This document shows, piece after piece, positions 1 to 8,856 of a stretch of 64,000 nucleotides of DNA. The first letter of the stretch is position 1. The number at the start of each line of letters is the position of its first letter. This DNA is from a virus (Duplodnaviria > Caudoviricetes). Location of the stretch: the IMG/VR virus record IMGVR_UViG_3300021963_000022. One strand, written 5' to 3'. The notes under the pieces were generated by a model. That model did not search any database and was not told the origin of the DNA. It saw only the letters and a program-made list of their open reading frames with translations. The position numbers and the translations under genes are program-made.

Positions 1-3000
1 ATGTATAATCAGTACGCAATACTGTAGCTCCATTATAGTTAACACTAGTTTGATTTATGCCAATTGGAGTAGTGCTTAAAGTAAATATTGTTTGTACACC
101 ATTACCAGTAAAGTTATCTACTGTTACATTTGCACCACCAGGTGGTGCTACCCAACTTAAGTTACCTGCACCATCTGTGTTAAGCACATAATTTGCTGTA
201 CCACCAGATATATGTAAATTAGCGATAGCCCCCAATGTAACGTTAGCGGTAGTTGTAAAATCAACTACACCAGATGCATTACTTACTGTTAAACCAGTTA
301 ATGATCCTATACTAGTTATATTTGGCTGTGCATTAGTGTATACTGTACCTGAAACTAATGCGTTACTTACTTGACCAGAGATATTCGCTCCGGCTATTGC
401 ATTGGCAGTTGTAGCAAATGTTGCTAAACCAACAGCACCAGTTACATTTGCACCTTGTATGTTACTTAAATTATTACCACTACCAATAAAGAAATTAGCG
501 GTAGTTGTATTACCTAAATTAGCATTACCACCAGTTATATTACCAGACGCAATAAAGGTATTAGCTGAAATAACATTGACATTAGATACATTACCACCTG
601 CAGTAATAATATTACCGGCAGTTAAATTACCTGTTACATCTAATGTACCTGAAATATTTGCACCAGTACCAGTAACTACCATTACAGTATTACCCACTGC
701 TGTTAAATTGATATTACCATTTGAAGTAGCAATTCTTACATTACTATTACCATTGGCTAATGGGCCACCTAAGTTAGCAGCAGTTAAGTTACCACTAATA
801 TTAGCAGTACCTGTAATGTTTGCACCAGTGCCAGTTACAACTACAATATTTGCATTACTAGAAGCACTTAATGTTACATTACCGTTAACTGCATATAAAC
901 CTACCCCTGTTGCACTAGCAGAGCCAGAAAGATATACCATATTTGCTAATGCAGGTACTAGGGTTGCACTCGGGTTTGCCGCTCCAAACGACCCCATATA
1001 TACATTGCTGGAGTTAAAGGCATCTACTGACGAATAACCTGTTGCAAATCTATTTTGAATTGAGATTGGTGGTGCATCTATATTACTCACAGCATACAAC
1101 GGTGAGTTAGCGCTAACGTTTGCCGGTCTAGTTATAGAACCTAAACCAGTACTTAATCCCACACCAGTAAATGATACAATATTTGCATTACCTGCTACTG
1201 TTACTAAAATATTACCGTTAGCACTTGGGATATTTACATTACTATTGCCATTTGATAATCCTGCAGTAGTGATACCAGTTAAATATATCCCATTACCAGT
1301 AAAGAAATTAGCTGTAACCAAATTACCTAAATTAGCATTACCGGATGTGATATTACCGGTAACACCTAAACTTGTTAATGTACCAACTGACGTAATGTTT
1401 GGTTGAGCATTTGTATATACTGTGCCGGCTACTAATGCGTTAGCTACCTGTCCAGAAACATTACCACCTGCTACTGCATTTGCAGTTGTTGCATATGTAG
1501 CTAAGTTAGCTGTTCCATAGAGATTACCAATGAAGTAATTAGCTGTTGCGGCATTGCCTAAGTTAGCATTACTTACAGTAATATTACCAGTAGCAATAAA
1601 AGTATTTGCCGAGATAACATTAGCATTACCAATATTACCACCTGAGCCAGTAGTATTAATATTGCCGGCGGTGATATTACCAGTAGCAATGAATGTGTTT
1701 GCACTAATAACATTGACGTTACTAATGTTACCACCTGAACCGGCTGTGATTAAATTACCAACTGTTGCATTTCCTGTAACGTTTAATGTGCCTGCAACAT
1801 TAACACCTGTACCAGTTACAATCACAATATTTGCATTACCGGCTACACTAGTTGTTACATTGCCGTTTGCGGCTACTAATACATTGCTATTTCCACTTAC
1901 AATTGTATTGCCTGCGCTTACTGTAATACCAGTTAATAGACTACCATTACCAGTAAAGAAATTAGCTGTAACTAAGTTACCTAAGTTAGCATTGCCAGAA
2001 GTGATATTTCCAGTAACATCTAAACTAGTTAGTGTCCCAACTGAAGTGATATTTGGCTGTGCGTTAGTATAGACCGTACCTGCTACTAATGCGTTAGCTA
2101 CTTGACCAGAAACATTTGCGCCCGCAACTGCATATGCATTTAATGCATTGCCTACATTACCGGATACATTAGCACCAGCTACTGCATTTGCAGTTGTTGC
2201 ATAAGCTACTGCTCCGGTTACGTTACTACCAGTAACACTAAACGCATTACCTGCATAGTTAGCATAATTAGCATTACTTGATGTAGCTGCTGTTATACCT
2301 GTTAGTTGACTACCATTACCTATGAAATAACTGGCACGTACATTGCCCAAGCTGTTAAAAGTTACTACTTCACTTGATACTGAAACATTACTACCAAACG
2401 CAAATTCTGCATTTGAATTATCCCACCCAATAAATGCGTCTACTGGTGCTGATGTGTAGTAATGTAATAATGTGCCCCTATCTTTCCCGTCATTGCTTGA
2501 TAGAGGTGCAGCGTTTACTCCACCACCTAATTCAATGATAGGATCTTCAACTGTTAGTGTTTCTACATTGATATAGCTAGTGTTTCCACTTACAACTAAA
2601 TTACCAGCAACTACTGCATTTCCGGATATACTTAAATCAGTTAATGTACCGACTGATGTAATATTAGGTTGTGCATTAGTGTAGACTGTACCTGCTACTA
2701 ATGCGTTAGCTACTTGTCCAGATACATTCGCTCCTGCAACTGAATTTGCAGTTGTTGCAGTTGTTGCTAAATTAGCTGTACCATATAAGTTACCAATAAA
2801 GAAATTAGCTGTTACTGCATTACCTAAATTAGCATTACCAGAAGTGATATTACCAGTAGCAATAAATGTATTAGCTGAGATAACATTAACATTGCTAACG
2901 TTACCACCTGAACCGGCTGTGATTAAATTACCAACTGTTGCATTTCCTGTAACGTTTAATGTGCCTGCGACATTAACACCTGTACCAGTTATAACTAATA

Positions 3001-4036
3001 TGTTTGCATTACCTGATACGCTAGTTGTTACATTGCCGTTTGCAGAAACAAGTACATTGCTATTTCCACTTACAATAGTATTACCAGCACTAACTGTAAT
3101 ACCAGTTAATAAACTACCATTACCAGTAAAGAAATTAGCTGTAACTAAGTTACCTAAGTTAGCATTTCCAGAAGTGATATTGCCGGTTGCTGATAGGCTA
3201 CTTAATGTACCTACACTTGTAATATTTGGCTGTGATGCTGTAGTTACGGTACTAGCTGTGGTAGCACTTGATACAGTACCTGTAACATTTGCACCTTGAA
3301 TATTACTTAAATTATTACCTGATCCAATAAAGAAATTAGCTGTTACTGCATTACCTAAATTAGCATTACCAGAAGTGATATTACCAGTAGCAATAAATGT
3401 ATTAGCTGAGATAACATTAACATTGCTAACGTTACCACCTGAACCACTAGTAGTTAAATTACCAACAGTTGTATTACCGGTAACATTTAACGTGCCTGTG
3501 ATGTTTGCACCGGTACCAGTTATAACTAATATGTTTGCATTACCTACAGCACTAATATTAACATTTCCATTACTTGATGGAATGTTAACATTACTATTAC
3601 CATTACTGATATTACTTGTTGACCCGCTAGCTACAGTAGACCAAGACAGTATACCAGAACCATCTGTTTGTAAATATTGTCCATTAGAGCCACCGGTGAT
3701 CCGAACATTACCCACTGGACCTAGTGCCACGTTACTTGCACCGGTTAAGTTAATAGTACCTGTACTTGTTAATCCAGTTAGTGTACCAACACTTGTTATA
3801 TTTGGTTGTGAGGCAGTATATACAGTACCTGATATAAGTGCATTACCAACTTGTCCGGATATATTACCAGCTGGTAAATTTGTTAAGTTAGCACCACTAC
3901 CGCTGAAATAGTTTGCTTGTGCAAGATTACCGAGATTAGCATTGAGCGAGGATAGGTTACCCGTAGCCGTCACGTTGTTGAACGTAAAGTTAGCACTTGC
4001 ATTTACAAGATTTGGCTCGATTTTAGTAATTGACAT
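1..4036 (-). CDS. Long Asn/Thr/Gly-rich tail/virion fibre protein, 3'-truncated by the window edge (>1345 aa); absent from the ORF track
   Basis: ATG at 4036 gives MSITKIEPNLVNASANFTFNNV. The same frame reads open where checked (start, ~1000-1080, and GGANVTVDNFTGNGVQTIFTL..LRTDYT at the edge). It shares QPNITSVGTLT, GGSNGQYLQTDGSG and DGKDRGTLLHYY modules with neighbouring fibre genes. Confidence 0.85.
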   Translation of the reverse strand, partial: MSITKIEPNLVNASANFTFNNVTATGNLSSLNANLGNLAQANYFSGSGANLTNLPAGNISGQVGNALISGTVYTASQPNITSVGTLTGLTSTGTINLTGASNVALGPVGNVRITGGSNGQYLQTDGSGILSWSTVASGSTSNISNGNSNVNIPSSNGNVNISAVGNANILVITGTGANITGTLNVTGNTTVGNLTTSGSGGNVSNVNVISANTFIATGNITSGNANLGNAVTANFFIGSGNNLSNIQGANVTGTVSSATTASTVTTASQPNITSVGTLSSLSATGNITSGNANLGNLVTANFFTGNGSLLTGITVSAGNTIVSGNSNVLVSANGNVTTSVSGNANILVITGTGVNVAGTLNVTGNATVGNLITAGSGGNVSNVNVISANTFIATGNITSGNANLGNAVTANFFIGNLYGTANLATTATTANSVAGANVSGQVANALVAGTVYTNAQPNITSVGTLTDLSISGNAVVAGNLVVSGNTSYINVETLTVEDPIIELGGGVNAAPLSSNDGKDRGTLLHYYTSAPVDAFIGWDNSNAEFAFGSNVSVSSEVVTFNSLGNVRASYFIGNGSQLTGITAATSSNANYANYAGNAFSVTGSNVTGAVAYATTANAVAGANVSGNVGNALNAYAVAGANVSGQVANALVAGTVYTNAQPNITSVGTLTSLDVTGNITSGNANLGNLVTANFFTGNGSLLTGITVSAGNTIVSGNSNVLVAANGNVTTSVAGNANIVIVTGTGVNVAGTLNVTGNATVGNLITAGSGGNISNVNVISANTFIATGNITAGNINTTGSGGNIGNANVISANTFIATGNITVSNANLGNAATANYFIGNLYGTANLATYATTANAVAGGNVSGQVANALVAGTVYTNAQPNITSVGTLTSLGVTGNITSGNANLGNLVTANFFTGNGIYLTGITTAGLSNGNSNVNIPSANGNILVTVAGNANIVSFTGVGLSTGLGSITRPANVSANSPLYAVSNIDAPPISIQNRFATGYSSVDAFNSSNVYMGSFGAANPSATLVPALANMVYLSGSASATGVGLYAVNGNVTLSASSNANIVVVTGTGANITGTANISGNLTAANLGGPLANGNSNVRIATSNGNINLTAVGNTVMVVTGTGANISGTLDVTGNLTAGNIITAGGNVSNVNVISANTFIASGNITGGNANLGNTTTANFFIGSGNNLSNIQGANVTGAVGLATFATTANAIAGANISGQVSNALVSGTVYTNAQPNITSIGSLTGLTVSNASGVVDFTTTANVTLGAIANLHISGGTANYVLNTDGAGNLSWVAPPGGANVTVDNFTGNGVQTIFTLSTTPIGINQTSVNYNGATVLRTDYT

Positions 4037-4182
4037 GGTATCTTTTAATTATAAACACACATAGCGCACTATTTGTGACATATTTAATCTCCTATTATGT
4101 ATTTAGTCAACGGATTTACACATTGATACAGTAAGTATGGGTTAGTTATTGTTATAATTTGTTTCCTTTATAATAAATGTGT

Positions 4183-5421
4183 TTACGATAATGAATACCC
4201 CGCGGCCGCTAGATAACGTCTAGCAGTACCTACACCAGTAACATTATTACCAACTACACCTGTGTTTGATACTAGATTAGTTACTGATAAATCACCACTG
4301 ACGCCAGCTCCATATCCAAATATAGCTTTATCAGTACCATAACCTGCGGCTGCTAATCCCTGCCTAGCAGTACCAACACCTGTGACGTCTGTGGCCACAA
4401 CGCCTGTATTTGATACTAGGTTGGTAATTGAAAGATTAGTTCCATTACTACCATAACCAAAAATAGCTTTATCTGTACCATAACCTGCGGCCGCAAGTGA
4501 GAATCTACCAGTACCAACACCTGCGGTATCAGTTGCTACTACACCAGTATTTGATACTAGGTTGGTTATTGTGGTATTTGATACACCAGAGCCTCCATAT
4601 CCAAATATCGCTTTATCACCTCCATAACCTGCGGCTGCCAATTCACTTCTAGTAGTACCTACACCTGCCGTATCACTAGCAACTACACCCGTATTTGATA
4701 CTAGATTGGTCATTGATCTTTTGGTAGTTGGTGAGAAAGTAGTTCCATAACCAAAGATAGCTTTATCACCACCATAGCCTGCTGCCGCTAGAAAACATCT
4801 AGCAGTACCTACACCTGCAGTGTCAGTAGCAACTACACCTGTGTTTGATACTAGATTGACCATATTTACCTGTCCTACGTCGGTGTCGCCATATCCAAAT
4901 ATAGCTTTATCACCACCATAACCTGCGGCTGCTAGACCTCGTCTAGCAGTACCTACACCTGCGGTATTTGTAGCGACTACACCCGTATTATTTACTAGAT
5001 TGGTTATTGAATATCGTGTGCCAGACTGACTGCTGCCATAACCAAATATAGCTTTTGTAGTTCCAGTAATTGGTGAATCTGTTGTGATACTATTACTTGA
5101 TGCACTTGGACTACTTGTTCCAATACTATTTGTAGCAGTTACGGTAAATGTATAACTTGTACTTGCCGCTAATCCAGTTACTGTAATAGTACCACTACCT
5201 GCTTGACTTAGTGTACCAGTGATACCAGTGGGACTACTTGTTGCTGTATAAGTTGTAATAGTCGCACCGCCATTACTTGCCGGTGCAGTAAATGCTACAG
5301 TAGCAGTTGTGGTGCCAGTTGCCGTAGCAGAACCAACAGTTGGTGCACCCGGTACTGTTGGTGGTTCAACTATATCTAATCCCCCACTAAATGATATTCC
5401 GCCTGTTATCGTTATTGACAT
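4183..5421 (-). CDS. Adhesin/fibre-tip protein: FN3-like domain plus six kelch-like repeats (putative beta-propeller), 412 aa
   Basis: PGAPTVGSATAT...YTFTVTATNSIG is an FN3-like pattern. It is followed by six repeats of KAIFGYG-x(n)-TNLVSNTGVVAxDTAGVGTAR-xx-LAAAGYG. Confidence 0.75.
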   Translation of the reverse strand: MSITITGGISFSGGLDIVEPPTVPGAPTVGSATATGTTTATVAFTAPASNGGATITTYTATSSPTGITGTLSQAGSGTITVTGLAASTSYTFTVTATNSIGTSSPSASSNSITTDSPITGTTKAIFGYGSSQSGTRYSITNLVNNTGVVATNTAGVGTARRGLAAAGYGGDKAIFGYGDTDVGQVNMVNLVSNTGVVATDTAGVGTARCFLAAAGYGGDKAIFGYGTTFSPTTKRSMTNLVSNTGVVASDTAGVGTTRSELAAAGYGGDKAIFGYGGSGVSNTTITNLVSNTGVVATDTAGVGTGRFSLAAAGYGTDKAIFGYGSNGTNLSITNLVSNTGVVATDVTGVGTARQGLAAAGYGTDKAIFGYGAGVSGDLSVTNLVSNTGVVGNNVTGVGTARRYLAAAGYSLS

Positions 5422-5461
5422 TTACAATCCTTTTTTATTTTAGTGTGTTGTTAATTGTTGT

Positions 5462-7579
5462 TTAACCGTAACTTGCGGCCGCCAAAGATGTTCTAATTGT
5501 ACCAACACCTGCGGTATCACTAGCAACCACACCTGTATTTGATACTAGGTTGGTTATTGATAGAAAATTAATTCCTGATGTGCCAAATCCAAATATAGCT
5601 TTATCATCACCATAACCTGCGGCCGCTAAATTATATCTAACAGTACCAACACCTGCGGTATCACTAGCTACCACACCTGTGTTTGATACTTTGTTGGTTA
5701 TTGATACATCTGTACCACCTCCTCCGGTTTGTCCATATCCAAATATAGCCTTGTCACCACCATACCCAGCGGCCGCTAAATTAGTTCTAGCTGTACCAAC
5801 ACCAGCGGTATTACTAGCTACCACACCTGTGTTTGATACTAGGTTAGTCAGTGCCCAGTAAAAATCTGTATAATTTGGAGCTCCTGAGTTTGAGTAACCA
5901 TAACCAAATATAGCTTTATCACCTCCATAACCTGCGGCTGCTAATCCGTACCTTGCAGTACCAACACCTGCAGTATTAGTAGCAACTACACCTGTATTAC
6001 TTACTAGGTTGGTTGTTGATGTAGAATTATATGTATATGGAGGACCAACATCTTGTCCATATCCAAATATGGCCTTGTCTGTGCCATAAGTTGCGGCCGC
6101 TGGTTTATCTTTTTGAGTACCTACACCTGCGGTATCACTAGCAACCACACCTGTATTTGATACTAGGTTGGTTATTGAGCCTTGTCCAAATCCAAAGATA
6201 GCTTTATCACCGCCATAACCTGCGGCTGCTAAATTAGCCCTAGCAGTGCCTACACCGGTAACATCATTACCAACCACACCTGTGTTACTTACTAGGCTGG
6301 TCATTGACAAAGTACCAATACTAGGATTATATCCATATCCAAATATAGCTCTCTGAGTAATTGGTGACTCTGTTGTAATACTATTACTTGATGCACTTGG
6401 ATTACTTGTACCGGCACTATTAGTTGCAGTAACAGTAAATGTATAACTTGTACTTGCTGTTAATCCAGTTACAGTAATAGTACCACTACCTGCTTGACTT
6501 AATGTACCAGTAATGCCACCGGGACTACTTGTTGCTGTATATGTTGTAATAGTAGCACCACCATTACTTGCTGGTGCAGTAAATGCAACTGTTGCTGTTG
6601 TTTCACCTGTTGCCGTAGCTGTACCAACTGTTGGAGCTCCTGGGGCAATTGCAACTACATTACTAGTGGCATTAGAATTAGCAGATGCATTACCGTAACT
6701 ATTAGTACCAGTAACTACACATCTAATTGGATTGCCAATGTCGGCTTGAACTAATGTATAAGTGCTTGCCGTTGCAGAACCTATATTAGTGCCATTTCGT
6801 TGCCATTGATATGTAAATGTTATTGTAGGTGTGCCAGTCCATGTACCATTAGTAGTTGATAGAGTTGATCCAAAACTTGCTGTACCACTAACTACCGGTG
6901 CCACTGTATTAGCTGGTATAGTAAATGTTGTTATGCTATTGCTTGATGCACTTGCATTACCTGTACCTGCACTGTTTGTTGCCGTAACAGTAAATGTATA
7001 ACTTGTACCAGATGTTAATCCAGTCATATTAATAGTACCACTACCTGCTTGACTTAGTGTACCGGTTATTCCGCCTGGACTACTTGTTGCTGTATATGTC
7101 GTAATAGTAGCACCGCCGTCTTCTGCAGGTGCGGTATATGCTACTGTGGCAGTTGTTAATCCGGTTGCTGTGGCAGTACCAATAGTTGGTGCGCCGGGTA
7201 CAGATACTGCATATAATATATTGATACTTGCACTGGTGCCATCTAGATTAGTTAAAACAACACTATATGTTCCTACACTTTTAGGTGGACTATTAAAAGT
7301 CGCACTGGTAGAACTTACTCTAGTAACTGCTATTGATGTACCATCTACAGTTAAAGTAACACCAGTTTCAAAAAAAGAACCTGTTAACGTAATTGTTTGT
7401 CCACCTGCAGGTATTGCACTATTAAGACCACCTGAATACGTAATCTCATTAATATTAATTGATACGATAGAATTACTTGTAATAACTGTATTACCTACTA
7501 CAATGGAGTCACTTAAATATATAGTAGGTAGTTGATTACTAGAACCACCTGTTTGAAAGTCTTGATAATTAGTTGCCAT
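5462..7579 (-). CDS. Adhesin/fibre-tip protein: IPT/TIG-like, FN3, Ig-like and FN3 domains plus six kelch-like repeats, 705 aa
   Basis: Contains an ITLTGSFF...VVLTNLDG IPT-like segment, two FN3-like copies, a FTYQWQRNG...IRCVVTGTN Ig-like segment, and the same C-terminal repeat as 4183..5421. Confidence 0.75.
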   Translation of the reverse strand: MATNYQDFQTGGSSNQLPTIYLSDSIVVGNTVITSNSIVSININEITYSGGLNSAIPAGGQTITLTGSFFETGVTLTVDGTSIAVTRVSSTSATFNSPPKSVGTYSVVLTNLDGTSASINILYAVSVPGAPTIGTATATGLTTATVAYTAPAEDGGATITTYTATSSPGGITGTLSQAGSGTINMTGLTSGTSYTFTVTATNSAGTGNASASSNSITTFTIPANTVAPVVSGTASFGSTLSTTNGTWTGTPTITFTYQWQRNGTNIGSATASTYTLVQADIGNPIRCVVTGTNSYGNASANSNATSNVVAIAPGAPTVGTATATGETTATVAFTAPASNGGATITTYTATSSPGGITGTLSQAGSGTITVTGLTASTSYTFTVTATNSAGTSNPSASSNSITTESPITQRAIFGYGYNPSIGTLSMTSLVSNTGVVGNDVTGVGTARANLAAAGYGGDKAIFGFGQGSITNLVSNTGVVASDTAGVGTQKDKPAAATYGTDKAIFGYGQDVGPPYTYNSTSTTNLVSNTGVVATNTAGVGTARYGLAAAGYGGDKAIFGYGYSNSGAPNYTDFYWALTNLVSNTGVVASNTAGVGTARTNLAAAGYGGDKAIFGYGQTGGGGTDVSITNKVSNTGVVASDTAGVGTVRYNLAAAGYGDDKAIFGFGTSGINFLSITNLVSNTGVVASDTAGVGTIRTSLAAASYG

Positions 7580-7588
7580 ATATCTCCA

Positions 7589-8779
7589 TTAAATTTGAGT
7601 TAGTAACCAGCCCTGTGAGTTGTTATAATAAACCATTGTTAAACCAGCACGTGGTGTAGTAATTACCATATCATTTGCACTACCCATAATATTTCCACCA
7701 TTTCTACTAACAGTGATAGCATGTGTGTTCGCATTACCTGTACCATCAATAATACCAACAGTGTCACCTAAGTTACCACTTGCCGGTAAAGTCATTGTTA
7801 AGTTTGCACTACTTGTATTAACAATGTAAACGTTACCAGCTACCATAGTAGTATTAGCACTTACGCCTACATATGCTGAACCGCCTATTGTATTAATTGT
7901 AATTGGCGTGGCACTACCACCACTAGCGATTGTTTGCACTTCAATTACTGTTCCACTTGGTGGAGCTGAACTAAATGTTATCGTGGTGCCGGTTACAGTA
8001 TATGATGATTGATATTGACTAACACCGCCAATTGTAACACTTGTATATGCTTTGCTAGTTGGTGTTACACTTAATGTAAATGCTGTAGTAGTTCCGTCAC
8101 CATTAAAAGAATCTACTGTTACAGTAGTAGTTGGCAATGGATTCCAACTTAATGATCCGCTGCCGTCTGTTCTAAGATAACTATTTGCATTGCCGCCGGT
8201 AATTGTAATATTACCAACTGCACCCAAATTAGTTGTACCGCTTACTGATAGACTTGTTAATGTGCCGAGGCTAGTAATGTTTGGTTGTGCAGAAGCAGTT
8301 ACTGTATTTGCTGTGCCTGCAATTACTCCAGTTAGTAAACTACCATTACCTGTAAAATAATTTGCTGTTGCTAAATTACCTAAATTAGCGTTAGCGACGG
8401 TTATGTTTCCAGTTACATTTAACGTGCCAACAATATTGGCACCTACATTGGTAATGGTCATTACATTAGCGTTACCAACTGCGCTAAATGTAATATTGCC
8501 GTTTGCGGTAGCAATACTTACATTACTATTGCCATTACTGATAGAGGAGCTGCCGCCTGATTGAGTAGTCCAACTTAAATTGCCCGTACCATCTGTTTGT
8601 AATATATACCCATTGGCACCGCCGGTAATTTTTACATTACTAGCGTTACCTAAATTTGCTGATGCTGTGACATTTATATTACCTGAAAACGTACTTGCCG
8701 AAACCGTACTATTACCTGCGTGTAATAAAATATTACCGGTAACAATACCGTTCTTTACGTTAAAGTATTTAAATGCCAC
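7589..8779 (-). CDS. Tail fibre-like protein, 396 aa
   Basis: N-terminal FNVKNG motif and a VDSFNGDGTTTAFTL domain. The C-terminal TLPASGNLGDTVGIIDGTG...RNGGNIMG...MVYYNNSQGW resembles the repeat of T4 gp34-type proximal fibres. Confidence 0.7.
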   Translation of the reverse strand: MAFKYFNVKNGIVTGNILLHAGNSTVSASTFSGNINVTASANLGNASNVKITGGANGYILQTDGTGNLSWTTQSGGSSSISNGNSNVSIATANGNITFSAVGNANVMTITNVGANIVGTLNVTGNITVANANLGNLATANYFTGNGSLLTGVIAGTANTVTASAQPNITSLGTLTSLSVSGTTNLGAVGNITITGGNANSYLRTDGSGSLSWNPLPTTTVTVDSFNGDGTTTAFTLSVTPTSKAYTSVTIGGVSQYQSSYTVTGTTITFSSAPPSGTVIEVQTIASGGSATPITINTIGGSAYVGVSANTTMVAGNVYIVNTSSANLTMTLPASGNLGDTVGIIDGTGNANTHAITVSRNGGNIMGSANDMVITTPRAGLTMVYYNNSQGWLLTQI

Positions 8780-8818
8780 AGTTCCATATTCCCTGTATAT
8801 TAATTTTTATTTAGCTAA

Positions 8819-8849
8819 CAAAAAAACAACGTGTTTAAAACACGTTGTT
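8819..8849 (-). terminator. Rho-independent terminator after the 8857..12153 gene
   Basis: Perfect 11-bp inverted repeat AACAACGTGTT-taa-AACACGTTGTT (8825-8849), followed on the minus strand by a T-run (A at 8819-8824). Confidence 0.75.
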
Positions 8850-8856
8850 CTTATAT

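Noticed and set aside
4183-6357. Conserved repeats with unique spacers resembling a CRISPR array
   Set aside because: Units are ~130-170 nt, in frame, and vary at third codon positions, so this is a protein repeat. No cas genes are present.
4183-7579. Possible diversity-generating retroelement target
   Set aside because: There is no reverse transcriptase or non-coding template repeat in the window. Loop variation includes length changes and is not adenine-specific. A trans-acting DGR elsewhere cannot be excluded.
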